From Eledone cirrhosa (Eukaryota): a DNA stretch of 64,000 nucleotides. Numbering within the stretch: position 1 is the first letter of the stretch; the number at the start of each line of letters is the position of its first letter. The notes below the pieces were generated by a model. The model did not search any database. It was not told where the DNA came from and saw only the letters and a program-made list of their open reading frames with translations. A program made the position numbers and the translations under genes. The DNA lies in contig OZ024746.1 of NCBI GenBank assembly GCA_964016885.1, positions 40,300,001 through 40,364,000 on the forward strand, read 5' to 3'. This document shows positions 12,881 to 28,843 of this stretch, in pieces.

Positions 12881-13239
12881 ACTAAAATGATATTTACAGC
12901 TCACATCCATACAGTTTTAGTTGGCCTCATATGAGGTTGTTGGGGAACAGCCAATTTTGGCAATGTTAATTTTTCTTTTAAATACATCAATTAATGCTCG
13001 CCTACTCGTGAAGTAATCAGCTTTAATATAATATCATTTATTCCAATCCTTATTTCTAAGATTGACAAAACAAAGGACAGATTTGACACGTGACAATATC
13101 GGCAAGATATACTAAATATAACATGATTGACGTTTTGTTAAAAGATTACTGGACGGGCAACGACAGCAAAATTTGCTATACTTTAAATCATCTTTTTATC
13201 ACAATCGCATAACTTAGAAAATAAGTGCTGTTGTGTGCG

Positions 13240-13270
<31 letters not shown>

Positions 13271-13601
13271 AGATAGTAATAATAATTATGAAGACCAAAA
13301 TCCGAAGAGGGCTCGTAAAAGGGTAAAAGCAGCGGTTCTTTGCTTAAACTTTATAGATAGATATTCGTTTGGGAGAACTTATAACCAAAATTGAAATATT
13401 TTATAACAGAATATTTAGATTTGATCTTTTTGATAACTTTATAAGTAAAATATATATTGAGACTCTTTCGATGCATCATCATTATCATTCAAGAAGTCTG
13501 AGGAAAACTACGTCAACCAGAAACATAACGGTGTCCACGCTTTAAAATCGGTTTAAAATTTCATATTTTACATTATTAGTTAAAAAATATTTTACTCATA
13601 C

Positions 13602-13637
13602 CCTTATTTTTTGACTTATCTCGTTTCCTATTTCCAT
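13602..13637 (-). CDS. ZC3H14: ZC3H14/Nab2 poly(A)-binding zinc-finger protein, coding exon 1 (MEIGNEISQKIR)
   Basis: ATG at 13637-13635, donor GTATGAGT. Matches the vertebrate ZC3H14 N-terminus MEIGTEISRKIR. Confidence 0.92.
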
Positions 13638-14187
13638 TTAGGGTGGGTTTGATAACTTTTATGAAGAAATTAATTCAGATATATCAACGTAGTGTACAGA
13701 ATATTACTAATTCAGTGGTTTTTAATGATCTTCATGTGAATTGTAAAAATTGACCACCGAAGCACTCAGGAACTCAGACGAACACACTAGGTGTATTATG
13801 TGTAAAACAGTACGTTAGTGTTAACATGTATTATGCAGGTGCATTAAAAGAATAACAAAAAATAAATAAAAATTTTTCTTCGTCGCATATTATTTCTAGT
13901 TAGCTTTTTAATGTTCTTTTAAAATGATAACATTAACTTACGTAATTATTTTTATTTTAAAGGTGGTGGGTGATCGTATAGTTGTTCAAGTAGAACTGAA
14001 TATTTACAGTGGGATGGGTCAATTTTATTTCTAATAGTCACTAAGTAACGAGGCTTTGAAAGTGCTACCAATTTTTCCAATATATTTTCAGTATCAACGT
14101 TTAATTGCAGCAATGTCTTGCTCATTAAATTACTGACCCCAGCATGCATCAACTGCTTTATTTCATTTTCCTACTATAATTTTAAAA

Positions 14188-14592
14188 TTATATCATGGTC
14201 TCGATTGGGGATCCAGACGAATCAATTGAAGACTGCTGCTTCTGACACGGCCTGCTGGAAATCGTGCTTGAGGACTCTGATTCGTAGGTGATTACATGGC
14301 TGGCAGATTTCCTGAAATTAGAGTGACAAATGGTTAATTCCTTTGCGTCACAGAAATCCAGGAGCCTCACTCCCTCTTTATTTCTTCAGCTATATCCATA
14401 GCCACCATGTACTCCAGTATAGTCATCCTGGTGCTGCCTAACATATCCATCGAAGTTGCCAACCAGGATGATGGGTTCTCAATCATCTGTAACTGAGGTT
14501 GTCTGTAAACGGTCGTCATAGAAATAGTTCTTTATACAGTCCTGCCTGTGGTGCATAGGTAGAGGTTATTGTCACCTTTCTATTGCCTACAA
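14188..14592 (-). mobile_element. Decayed LINE AP-endonuclease fragment
   Basis: AYAPQ...GNFDGYVR...HGGYGY...RLLDFCDAKELTICHSNFRK, typical of the RTE endonuclease. Confidence 0.7.
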
Positions 14593-17500
14593 CTAATCTG
14601 AGCTTGATAATTCTGTCACATGACTTTCAGAAACATTTTTTTCATGCTCAAGGTTGCTGAAAGATGGAACAAACTGCCTGCATCGCTCGTTAGCTGTCGG
14701 GACACTGCATCTTTCAAAACCTTCATGCTTCCCAAAATTTACCAACCCTACACCTGATATTCCTCCTTCATACACACGCACACATGTATGCACTGCTCGC
14801 TTTCCTGACATTTGTACATTATTCTATGTACTATACATGCACCGTTGATGAGTTGTAGTGCACCCAAGCACTATATACAATAATTTCATTATTATTATTA
14901 TATCATTATACTTTGACTACATCTATTTCTTTATCTATCCAGTTCTCAGCTAGTAGAATGCCTACAGTACCTACCCCCATTGTCATTTCCTACCCAGAAG
15001 AGCTTGTAATTATACTGTTTGCCTGTGAGTTGTCTTGCTGAGGCCCCTCTCCATTTCACCTCTGCATCCGGCCAGAGTTCTCTCACCTCTTTCTGTTCAA
15101 ACCGGCTATAACTGGCCACTCATACTGATATTTAGGTATTGTTCTCAAAATAAATAATATCAAAATCTCATAGATTTGATAGTATGTGAGGTAAAGCCTT
15201 TACCATGAAAATACAATAGTAAATATAGAATAATGTAAATGTTAAAAAGTTAAATTGATCCCGGTGCCTTACAAGTACTGTATTTTATCAAGCTCGTAAG
15301 GATGAAAGGCCAAGCTAATCTCAGCGGGTTTTGAATTCAGAATGTAAAGGGATACTATATGCCACAAATCATGTTGTCCAATGCTCTACTGATACCGCTA
15401 ATCCACCACCATAAGGACATATTAGATAATGAAAGGATATATTATATAATGAAAGGACACATTACATAATTTAATCCTAGATACACTATGTTTGAATAAA
15501 AAAGCTTCACTGCCTCAATTGGAATGACTTTAATCATAGGTCTGCTGGAAGTGAGTTAATCTGAGGCTAAACTTCACCTCTATTATTATATTCCCATCTG
15601 TTCTGGTTAGTCCAATTGGACACTTAAATATTACACAAGTGAATTGTATCATAAGATATGTGGCAAACATAAACTCTTTGAAGTGCACCACCTCTCTTAA
15701 GTAAAACAAGATTCTCCATAATTATTCCAGTATTATGGCAATACTTTATATGCTGACACGAAGTAACTATTAAAAGGCTTCTGGAACTTCACTAGGCAGC
15801 AGTCAAATAAGTATCCTCCTCCTTATCATCATAATTTTTGTTTTCATGCTGTTATGGATTGGATGGGATGTTATAGACCAGGCTAGTACTTAATTAGAGT
15901 TACTGTTCCTTCTTGATAAGTCAAAGCTCGGCATTTTGATTAATATTTTTGGCATGTGTACTAAGTGCTAGTACTAGAGAGATTGTCATGTCTTCAACAT
16001 CATTGAAGAGTCTTCTTTACCCTATGTATTATACTGGGCACAGAAATATCCAGTACATTGTTGACTCTGTTCATTCATTTTTTTTTTTTTTTTATTATTT
16101 TAAAATATTAAAATATAAGAATTTAGGATAAATGGGGACTGAAATCTCGATTAACCTTTTAGCATTTACATTACATTATAATATTTTCATAGCAAAGGCT
16201 TTATCTCACATAATATCGAATCTATGAGATTTTGAGAACAATACCTGAACATCAGTATGAGTGGCCGGTTACAGCTGGTTTGAACAGAAAGAGGTGAGAG
16301 AATTCTGGCTGGATACAGCCGGTTTAAATGCTAAAGGGCTAACCTGATCCATTAATATGGAATATTTTTTATTTCTTCATTATATATATTAAGGTAACGT
16401 GTTTACAGACTTGCACTTAAAATACCCACTTTTAATCAAAACTCGTTAGTTACTATGGCGACAACACTTTACCTATCGATCTATCTTTCACACACACACA
16501 CACACACTCTCTCTCTCTCTTTCTGATTTTATATCTCTTATCTCTATTTTAGTTGTTTAAAAAAAATTCAAACCATATTATTGGTCTATTTATTTAGTTT
16601 TATACCTCTGTTATCTGAATTCAAATCTAAATGCAGTCTGCTTTGTTTCATCCCTTTGAATTTGATAAAATAATATAGCCAATCAATCAACCATATTCTC
16701 TCTTAACAAAGAAAAGTTGCTTTTTGCCTAATTAAAACAAAATCATTAAAATGAAACATTTAGAGCTGCCTGTATCATCATCATTGTTTAATGTCTATTT
16801 TCCATGCTAACATGGGTTAGACGGGTTTGTCCCATTAGAGGCAAGTTGGGTCCGGTGACCGTGTTTTGCTCATATAGGACTGTTTCTGACTAGATTTCTA
16901 CGGCTGGATGCTCTTCTTAACGCCAACCATATTTACAGTGTGGGTTGGGTGCTTTTTGTCGTGACATCTACACAACCACTTCACAGTGTGAGCTAGCTGC
17001 TTTAGTGACGTGGAAGAAAGAAATATAGCAATATACTTATAAAAATATAACTGATTACTTCTTCTTCGTTCTGGTTGCTGTTGAGATCTCTAAGGTCCTT
17101 GGTCACTGTTTTCTTTCACAAAATCAGGAGCATGCTTCATGACTAGGAACCCTGTAAGGCAGAATAGCTGATATAGTGGATATTGCTGGCTATTCTCCGT
17201 GGCAATGCTTTCGCCATGTTGTCTGCAGGGCACAACTGAGATATATCGCCTAGACTGGGGTGTAGAATCTACCACCCCTTTCTCTTTTGCTATTTATTAA
17301 ATATGTTAAAGGGATGCAATGCGATGTTTGTCTAGTCTATTACAAGTTAATTCCCCTGAATCTCATTTTCATCGACTTTTTTTTTTTTACCTAAAAAAAG
17401 AATTTTCCTGTAGGTATCTCCAAATTTCTTATTGGAATAACGGAACGTCCTCCAGGTTAAACATTACAGGTATAGAGGAGTGTTGTACTTATGTATATCC

Positions 17501-18091
17501 TTTGATTTAAAGAAATTTTATTGAAACAACATTAAGGCTCAAGAAGATATATATTATGTATATCAAGGCAGCGTATCGGCCAAGTTAGAATGTCAGATAG
17601 AGTGGTGTGGTATTCCTTCTGGCTCTGTTCTCTCAGTTCAAATCCCACTGAGGCCAACTTTGCCTTTCATCCTTCGAGATCGATAAAAAAAAAGTACCAG
17701 TCTAGTACTGGGGTCGATTCTTCCTCATTACCTATCCTTCTCTGAAAGAAATCTGCTGTACTGTCCTGGAGAGGGATGTACCCCACCAGGCTTAAAATGC
17801 CCAAGAAATGCTGTATGACAAAACAGCACCCCTACAATTCCAAGATTAAGAAAATCATCTAGCTGTAGAATCCATGCCAAAATGGAATGTATTTGAGAGA
17901 TGTGGGTCCCATGACTTGTTTAGGAAAGTAGCTCTGATTAAGTAGACTGGGTCCATAACAACCCTATGCCAGCATGGAAAATCAAACATAAAAGGATGAT
18001 AACAATGTGATAATCACTTCAAAACACTTATAAAAAAAATGGGGAACATTTGAGACAAAATGACACAAAAATAGAAAGAAGATGGTAAACA

Positions 18092-18097
18092 TTTATT
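18092..18097 (-). terminator. Candidate poly(A) signal AATAAA of PSMC4
   Basis: AATAAA about 35 nt after the stop codon, followed by U-rich sequence. An alternative lies near 17517-17522. Confidence 0.45.
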
Positions 18098-18130
18098 AAA
18101 AAGAAAATTATTCCATTATAAAAGGAATAT

Positions 18131-18244
18131 TTATTTGTAGAATTCATGTTCAGTCTCATCTTTCTTGACATTATTTTTATAGCCTTTTTCGAAGTCTTTA
18201 GCAAGCACAATGTAGCGATTTTCACGGACAGCTTGCATTCCAGC
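18131..18244 (-). CDS. PSMC4: PSMC4 last coding exon ([20 protein letters not shown]...EHEFYK*)
   Basis: HbYX tail FYK then TAA. Exon lengths sum to 1257 nt, i.e. 418 aa plus stop. Confidence 0.97.
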   Translation of the reverse strand, partial: AGMQAVRENRYIVLAKDFEKGYKNNVKKDETEHEFYK

Positions 18245-19162
18245 CTAAAAAATATAATTAGTTAAAAAATAAACACTAAGTTAAAATGAAGTGTCAGAGT
18301 ACACTGGGTATATTGACAAAAAAGTAATATTTTATGAAACCCTGCCTGTTGTAGTAACAGCTCACACCTATGAGGTTGTATCTCAAAGGTTTCTCAGGTG
18401 TCTAAATGATAGTGGTCCTCAGTCTTATGATAAAAAGATTCCTCTCTGAACTGGACAGCAGTTCATTCATTGCAGAGCTAACCCTCAGCTGCTGCTGGTA
18501 CTTCTCTTTTTCAGCTGAGTGAACTGAAGTAACATGAAATGGAGCATCTTGCTGAAGGATACACTGTGCCACCTGATCTCGGAACAGAACCCACGACCTT
18601 ATGATCTTGAGTCCAACACATGAACCACTAGGCCATGCACTTTCCCTGGCCCTATTTCCCTTGAAGGCATAATGATCTTTACCAACCAAAAACAGTAACT
18701 CCCAATATTGCAGTCAAATTATCGATATATAAGTGCCATGGAGAGACAGAGCTCATTGATGTAACCAGCAAGAGTGTTGTATAATGGACAACTTTTTCAT
18801 TAATTTGTCATGCTAATCTTCAATCTTTCCATAGGTAAAACTTAGAGAGGACTGAATTCCATCAGATTAATTTACCATAAATACATAACATGTACACCTT
18901 TTCAGGGGTGCATCAACAATTATAAAGTTCAACACAAATTTCTTGTATACGCATAACCGAACTATTAATTTAACAAAAGAATAAAACAATGAGCTTAAGC
19001 ACTCAGAAACACCTTCTGTACGATTAATAACAGTTAAATTAGTGCTGAAATATTTAATGCAGTGAGCATATAAAAAACAAAACAACAAAAAAACCCTGCT
19101 TTAGCAGAGAAAAGACCCTAAAATGCTTAGTGTTATGAGAGGATTAATAATTATAGAGTTTA

Positions 19163-19408
<246 letters not shown>

Positions 19409-20784
19409 CTAATTATAAAGAGAAAACATTTCATTAGAGTTCAATAAAATAGTATTTTGTGGGAAGGATGCAGAGGAAAGGTAAGACCAAGAAAGACATG
19501 ATAAAAGATAATTGTTTCTACTTTAGGCACAAGGCCAGCAATTACCCAATGCATTACTGGTACTTTATTTTATCGACCCCGTAAGGATGAAAGGCAAAGT
19601 CAACCTCGGCGGGATTTGAACTCAGATCGTAAAGGGACGTAACTATGCTGGAAAGCATGGCGTCCGACCTCTACCGATACTGCCAATCTACCGCCCTTGA
19701 CATGATAAAAGATAATGAAGGAGGAAATGAAAGCAAGGGCTTGGTGAAGAGGCATGCAGATGATAGGGTAAAATAGAGAAACTTGTCAAGGGGGTCACAG
19801 CAGAAAATGGTCTTAAACCCTCTGGTAGTCGTGTTTGTAAATACTACTTTGTAAACGTGTTTTCTTCAAAGAGTTATTTAAACTTATAATAGAAGCAGTA
19901 GATAGAAAAGCAGACAATGCTTTTCCTAAGACACTTTAAGACTCCCAAACCGAATTAAAATAAAGATTCAGATTCTTTTAACATTATTGGTTGTTAAAAC
20001 AGCAGGATTTAGTTATGGCTATTTACATCCTAAGTTAAAATCCTGCCAAAATCAATTTCGCCTTTCACCTGGTAAAGCACTGGAGTCAATTTAATCAACT
20101 TTTCTCCCTTCAAATTGCTAGCCTAGAGCCTAAATTAGAAACTCGGACGCCATGATTTCCAGCATTGATTTACGTCCCTTTACGGTCTGAGTTCAAATCC
20201 CGCCGAGGTTCACTTTGCCTTTCATCCTTACGGGGTCGATAAAATAAAGTACCACTAATGTACTGGGTAATTGCTGGCCTTGTGCCAAAAGTAGAAACAA
20301 TTATTATTTGGTTAGAGAAAGAGGTACAGAACCCAACACATTTGTAGAATAGCTACTGTGGGTTGATGTTGTGGGGAAAAGATGAACATTGAGGTAGTGT
20401 ACCACTTGCTAGTTATGAAATCTAGCCTTTGTAACAAATTTTTTTACCTGTGTCTTGTTCACACATTAAGAAATATCTAGTGTTATTCTACATTTTAAAT
20501 ACATAAATCAAATTCAGATTTGTACTTGTCTGGCATGTGACCTGATCTTTACAACATAAAGTAATTTTAACCATTGAAAAACTGTGTTTTTAAATGGTTA
20601 AAATTACTCTTCCATACATTAATTGCTACATTAAATTCAATATGGCTATTTTTCCAGATAATCTTCTTTGTATGTACCACAAATCTGTTTTCTCTCTGCG
20701 TTGTTACAAATCTATGATTCAAATCTAAAATAAAATAGCATCATAAACTTCAGCAATCTGATTCATGACCTCTCATCTATTTTA

Positions 20785-21015
<231 letters not shown>

Positions 21016-22845
21016 TTAGAAATTATTTATATATTGCATTTAGACTATCATATTTGATATGGAGTAGACATGGGCTCCATAAGCCATGGAGAAAGCAGAG
21101 GTTCTGAATAAAATATGACTGCACAGGGTAGATGTGGGCTTCATAAGCCATAGAGAAGGCAATCTGTTTAGGAGAGCAGTCACTCTGAATAAAAAATGAT
21201 ACAGAGTAGAGAAGGCCCTTTAATCTGGTAAGACAACTTCCTCTAGTGCTGGTGGTACGAATAACGTATCCAATCCACATTGTAAAATGGTTGGTGATAA
21301 GAAAGACATTTAACCAGTAAAACTTTGCCAAAACTATGCAAAGTATATAGATCCTCATGGATTCTATGTTTGGATGTCCATCTAATACCAACCACTTTAC
21401 AGAGTGTACTGGGTGCATTTTATTGTGGCACAAGCATGAGAAAGGTTATGTCTTTGTGACTCAAGTGTCCACTCTACTCTATGTTGTTACACCTGAATGC
21501 TAATCAATTAACAGAGTGTATTGAATGGGTATTGTAGTAGCACTAACACTAGAGAGGTTACTTAGATATACTATGTCTGAATGAAAGATGGGATAATCAC
21601 AGCTGAAATGCCTTAGATCATTATGTCTACTCAATCAGGTATGTCCTAGAGTTTAACATCAGCTATATTTGTAAGAATCTTATCTGAACAACCAGTCAGC
21701 TTAAATCATATCTAACTTCTATCTGGATGAATATAAAATAAATTGATATAGCTAAAGATGTAAAAGAGATTAATACATTTTGTCTTGATCTTTACTTTTT
21801 CATTTTATTTTTCACATCCTTTCCTTTTACTATATACTTTTAGATGTATTAATATATTAGAAGCATGCTACTGTAAAAGATTACAGAGTTTATTGTAATA
21901 TTTAATTTAATAATTCTTTGATTAAAACATTCCCTGTAAAGATGCTTGAATCCTCAATTTTCCTTGACCTGCTCTATCTTGACACTCCAGCCATTGCCAT
22001 ATTTCATTTTAAATTTATTTAAATCAATTATAATAATTTTCCTCCATATTTTTTAAAAATCATTATCAAACATATATGCACTAAATTCAATGACTTTTTT
22101 CTATCTATTTTCGAACTGCAATTGGGATTTTGGCTTTGTTGTTATTGTTCTTGTCCAAAGATACATTAGCAAATATACATAAATAGATAACTATAGCCTG
22201 ACAGACAGATAGAGAAACAAATAGGCAGGTAGATAAATAGATTTATTGTCCAAAGATAGATATATAGATAGGTAGCTATAGATGGTTGCTTGTTTGACCA
22301 CTGACCATCTTGACAACACTATTGGTGAGGGGTAGGGGGGAAGATATCAAATTAAATTTCCCAGAAATCACAAAGTAGTTGTCAAGTGACTCTTGTATTA
22401 TATTGTAAAGATGATAGGAAATTATCTTTTAATAATTAATTGTTTCTAGTTTTTGGCACAAGGCCAGCAATTATCCCAGTACATTACTGGTACTTTATTT
22501 TATCGACCCCGTAAGGATGAAAGGCAAAGTTAACCTCGGCGGGAATTAAACTCAGATCGTAAAGGGACCTAACTATGCTGGAAAGCATATCCGACCCTCT
22601 ACCAATACTGCCAATTCACCACCCTATCTTTTAATAATTAATGGTGTATTCAGTCATTAATCACATTTTTATTTAGCTCCTTTTGTTACCATATTTTTTA
22701 TGATTTTAAAATATCTTTTTTAATAATACAACTAATTTTCTCATTGAGTTGGTGTTTGGCACACAACTTAAAGGTTCTTACATAAAATTATGATGGAAGG
22801 CTTTTGGATAAATATAAAGATTTTAAAATTAATAGCTTTGTATCA

Positions 22846-23139
<294 letters not shown>

Positions 23140-23458
23140 CTATCAGTACATAATATAAGGCTACCATTGAATAATAATATAAAGCTAACATTGAAGTCAT
23201 GTTTGACTTCTGGAGTCCTCATGAAATAAGGGCTCCAAAGTCAATTTATCTTATAGGTTAGATTGAATTCCAGGGGAAGGAGGCAATGAAAAATCTCCTC
23301 TGTAATGTACCAAGAAAGCCTTGCTGTATATTTGATATGCTGCTACTTTTGAATACTAAATTCCACTAATCCAAGCCATTATGCTGTTTTGCCAACATGC
23401 CATCATTTATGAAGCAATAAAATGACAGAGAAAAAAGTTACATATAACTTATACTGAC

Positions 23459-23662
23459 CAGTTGTATGATGAGCAACAGCTTTCGCCAACATAGTCTTTC
23501 CACATCCTGGGGGTCCAAACATAAGTACACCACGAGGTGGGTCAATACCAATTTGTTTATACAGTTCAAAATGTGTAAGAGGCAACTCCACAGCTTCACG
23601 TACTTCTTGTTTTTGTATATCCATACCACCAATATCAACGTAGGCTACCTCTGGCTTCTCAT
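23459..23662 (-). CDS. PSMC4: PSMC4 exon 5, Walker A (GPPGCGKT)
   Basis: [20 protein letters not shown]...[18 protein letters not shown], 204 nt. Confidence 0.98.
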
Positions 23663-24348
23663 CTGTAAATAACATATATTGAATTAGATTAGTTGTACAT
23701 TTACACTGGCAAACAGTAGCTTGACCCTCACATAGCTAAGTGAGGTAAACACATTATCTATATACTACTAAAACTCTGTGATTGTGTGCTTGTCTGTAAT
23801 TTAATACAGACAAAACAGCACATAATGGTAAAATACTTTGAAAGGAAGTTACCCCTGAAATGAGAATACAAATGGAATAAAACAAGTTTTGCGTAAATCG
23901 GAGCATGGGTTCCTGAGATACAGGGTTTTTCCAGGTACCTTCATAAATAGCCAACAGCTCTGTGATAACCAATCAGACCGCTAGTGCGCTTACCATTGTG
24001 TTTCATTTCCAAAAAGCCTTAGTGCAGTCAAGTTAAAGACAACAGGAAGAGATCCTGCTTAGGTAACAACTAGACCACCCGTGACCCAGTAATGCAATAA
24101 TATCACAACTGATGAAACTTTCAAATAAAACCATATATATCTATCATTAAACGACATCAACATCACTTTTATCCCCCTTTTCCATGCTGACAGCCCTCAC
24201 TGGCTTTTCAAGTAAGGTATGAATTTTGCATGTCTAACTGCTGAGCTGTGGAACTTCTGTTTATGTGGGATATGACCAATGTCACTGTCTGCATTAGTAA
24301 TATTAAATATAAAGTGAAGACAGACAAATGGAACAAATATATAAGCAT

Positions 24349-24383
<35 letters not shown>

Positions 24384-24976
24384 AAATGGGCTTCGTACAG
24401 TTTTTGTCTACCAATTTTACACGTAAGGCATAAGTCAATCCAAAGCTGTAAAATATTGCCTCAAAACATCCCATCCAGCATGGAAAATTGGACATAAAAA
24501 CAATGTTTTTATTAATTTTTACTGTCATTCACCATAAATTATCTAAATGATCAACTAAGAATGATGCTTATACTCAAATAATATATCCACCAAGGAGTAG
24601 ATTCCTGAACATGGTTTTAATGTGATAGGGAGACCTTCAACACAGCCAGGAGCAACCAGTAAAACTATGAGAAAATACTGTTTCTGGCCTGAAGCTGTGC
24701 ACTAGAGAAGTTCCTTGTTGCCCTATCTTACTTGAACTCAGTACTACGAGTTAACAAAACATTCATTAATTATACAGACTCTCACTCTTTGAAGCAGAAC
24801 CTATATATTTTACTGATTTAAAGCTAGGTGAATGGAACTAGTGAGAGTTAAGAATCTTTGCTATGGACATAGTGAGATACTAATGACAAGATAGGGACCA
24901 TGAACTCAACAACAAAGTGCTATTCTGATGACAACTGCAACACTCTCTCTCTCTCATATATATAATAGACTGATTA

Positions 24977-25339
<363 letters not shown>

Positions 25340-25639
25340 CTATTGTTTTCCTCGGGTAAGCATTAAAACTAAGAATATTCTCAGAGTGTGTATTCAGTTT
25401 AAAGTAGAATAACTGCATCCATGCCTGTTATCCAAAGAGTTGACTAAAAGGGTCCACACTAGGAAGGGCATCCAGCTGTAAAATATTGCCTAGAAAGACC
25501 TCATGATCAATATGCATTAGCAGGGAAAATGGCCTAAAAACACTTAAGTGTTGTATCCAGAAACCCAACAAAATGCTCTGTAGATTTGAACACTGGCTTT
25601 TCAATTACTTTGACAATGGCAACATCATCCTGCGATGTA

Positions 25640-26510
25640 TCATCATCAACGTTTAACGTCCGTGTTCCACGCTTGCATGGGTTTGGACGGGGGTAGTCCC
25701 ACTTGAGGCAAGAGTGATTGTCTTGCTCGCATAGGACTGTCTGGCAGGTTTTCTACAGTTGGATGCCCTTCCTAACACCAACCACATTTACAGTGTGGGT
25801 CTGGGAGGTTTTTACCGTGTTGCCTACACGGCCACATTACAGCGTGGACTGTGTGTTTTTTTGTCGTGACACCTACACGATCTCATTTGTTTCGGCCTGG
25901 ATGGTGTGGCACCAACACAACTTTACATAGAACGGGGTGGCGTGGATGGGGGGGGGGGGGGGGGGGGGTATTTTGTTAGAGATGCCTACTGGCTGTAGTA
26001 GGTTTTACTATGTATTTAGGTAAGGCGGGTCTTCTCTGTTACTGAGTACCGCCAAAGGTCTCGGTCCAGTGACATTGTCTTGGAGAGGTGTAAGTGTGTG
26101 AGGTCGGAGTTTATCAGCTCGTCCCAGGTTTTTCTAGGTCTGCCTATTCCGTGGCTACCGTCTATCTTTATTGCCCTGCACTTTGTTATACAGCTATCGA
26201 CTTTCATGCGCATCACGTGTCCATACTAACGTAGCCTTCTCTCGAGTAAACAACATCTGATCCCTCTTATTTCTAATTTTTTCCTTAGTTCGTTTATGCT
26301 TTGCCGTTCACGTATATTACTGTTACACATCCAGCGGAGCATGCAAGCTTCGTTCCTCTCTAGTCTGCGTATATCCTCTGCACACAATGCCCAGGTCTCA
26401 CTGCCATGCAACATTGCTGTTCGTATGCAGGCATCGTACAACCTGCCTTTCATTTTTAGGGAGAACCCTTTAGCAGCTAATAGTGGTATAAGCTCTCTGA
26501 ACTTTTTCCA
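25640..26510 (-). mobile_element. RTE LINE 3' fragment with 3' UTR
   Basis: ORFs 26226..26570 and 26016..26216 (WKKFRELIPLL...GRPRKTW), same family as 48009-48930. Confidence 0.9.
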
Positions 26511-27657
26511 ATGTATATACATATATATCATCGTCATCATCATTTTATGTCCAATTTTCCCTGCTTGCAAGGGTGGGACAGGAACTGATTCTGGCTTGAT
26601 TTCTACAGCTGGATGCCCTTCCTAACACCAACCTCATTTACAATGAGTGCTGGTTGCTTTTTTCCCTGGCGCCTACACCTCCACTTTGCAGTGGAATGAT
26701 AGAGACCCCAGTCCTATCATCTCATTTCTACAGTTGAGTAAACTGGAGCAATGTGAAATAAAGTGTCTTGCTCAAGGAAACAACACATGATGATATATAT
26801 TATTATCATCATCATTTTACGTCCGCTTTTTCCTGCTTGCAAGGGTGGGACGAGTCCTCTTCAGTATATATATGTATACAACAGGCTTCTGCACAGTTGC
26901 ATAAAGCAAATTCCACACATAAGTTATTGAGATCAACTTAAGGCTATGATAGAAGACACTTGCCCAAGGGTGCCTACACTCATACTTAAAAACAACCAAC
27001 AACTAAACACAAATGAAAATATGGAAGAAATTTATAACCATTGAATATATTCTTTAATACTAAAAAAAAAAAGGCAAATTTGGGGGAGGGAGGAAAGTCA
27101 ATTAACTTGACTGGCACATTATTTTATCAACCCTGAAGGATGAAAAGCAAAGTTGATCTTAGCAAGATTTGAACTCAGAATGTAAAGAGCTGAAATAAAA
27201 TACTGCAAAGCATTTTTTCTGACATTCTACCAATAATGGTTTTTGGTTTAGAGACAAGGCCAACAATTTTGGGAGAGGGGAAAGCGATTAAATCAACCCC
27301 AGTGCATTAATGGTACTTTATTTTATCGACTCTGTGAGGATGAAAGGCTCAACTAACCCTGGCAGTTTTTGAACTCAGAACGTAAAGGGACATAACTATG
27401 TTGTGAAGCTGCCAATCCAGCATCCCAGTAATTCTAATAATAATTGTTTCTACTTTAGGCACAAGGCCAGCAATTACCCAGTACATTACTGGTACTCTAT
27501 TTTATCGACCCCGTAAGGATGAAAGGCAAAGTTAACCTCGGCGGGATTTGAACTCTGACTGTAAAGGGACGTAACTATGCTAGAAAGAATGGCGTCCGAC
27601 CCTCTACCGATACTGCCAATCCACCGCAATTCTAATAATAATAAAAATAATCATTAC

Positions 27658-27844
27658 CTGTAGTGGATCCAACAATACCATTGTTTGAGTCAACAGCTTC
27701 TAAAAACTGGCCAATCACTAAAGGAACACTTTGAATACGTTTAACTTCTTCTTGAGCATGCAAATACTCTTTCTTCAGATTTTTTTGTTCATCTTTAATA
27801 TATTCTTCTTGTACTTCAAGAAATTCCAGTTGTCTCTGCAGTCG
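27658..27844 (-). CDS. PSMC4: PSMC4 exon 3 ([26 protein letters not shown]...IVGSTT)
   Basis: Coiled-coil/OB region near-identical to Rpt3, 187 nt, canonical splice sites. Confidence 0.97.
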
Positions 27845-28292
27845 CTGAAATACATAAAGACAGGGATTTTAATTAGGGAAAAAGAAAGAAAAACAGCCCA
27901 AATAAAATTGCTGACTACCCCTTTTATACATGATAGAAGAAAACATTACCTTCCTGGTTTATTTGGATCTTAAAGACAGAAATACAATGAGAAATCTATT
28001 ACAAATAGTATTACTATCTATATATAAACGGAAAAAATGAAACGAAATTTCATTTCCCACTCTTAGTACGGCGGTTACTTAAATATAAGTATGTACACGT
28101 ACATACATATATGTATACAAACGTACAGAAGTATGTATATATATATACATACATGTACACATATATATATATGTACGTATGGACTCACCGAACATTCATT
28201 ACAATGCTCGGTGTGTTTGTAAACAAACATCCCGTATTAAGCTGCAGTGTCCAGCAACCATCGTTGCTCGCCTGTTCAACACTGACAAAGGA

Positions 28293-28335
28293 ACGCTGTA
28301 CTAGTTTCAAGCTTATTAGCTATCATCAGCAACGT
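28293..28335 (-). ncRNA. Minimal type I hammerhead ribozyme (identical inverted copy, sense to PSMC4 pre-mRNA)
   Basis: Exact reverse complement of 28801-28843. Confidence 0.85.
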
Positions 28336-28800
28336 ATACCTTCCTGCCAGATTGTTGAACGTATATACTTACCTTATGTATATTAACGGCTGAGTAGCCC
28401 AATTTGCATATCGAGTGGGTTAATCGGCCAGGTGCACCGAAAACGATAAACGGAAAAAATGAAAAACACTGCTGCTTAATATGAGTTGTTTGTTTACAAA
28501 CACACTGAGCATTGTAATGAATGTTCGGTGAGTCCATACGTACATATATATATGTGTGCATGTATGTATATATATATACATACTACTGTATGTCTGTATA
28601 CATATATGTATGTACGTGTACATACTTATATTTAAGCAACAGCCGTACTAAGAGTGGGAAATGAAATTTTGTTTCATTTTTTCCGTTTATCGTTTTCGGT
28701 GCACCCGGCCGATTAACCCACTCGATATGCAAATTGGGCTACTCAGCCGTTAATATACATAAGGTAAGTATATACGTTCAACAATCTGGCAGGAAGGTAT

Positions 28801-28843
28801 ACGTTGCTGATGATAGCTAATAAGCTTGAAACTAGTACAGCGT
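28801..28843 (+). ncRNA. Minimal type I hammerhead ribozyme
   Basis: ACGTTG-CTGATGA-T-AGCT(AATA)AGCT-T-GAAAC-TA-GTA|CAGCGT. Stem I, stem II and a palindromic stem III (ACTAGT) are all present. Confidence 0.85.

Noticed and set aside
24109-24130. CTGATGAAAC hammerhead-like word
   Set aside because: No stem II or stem I pairing, so a chance match.
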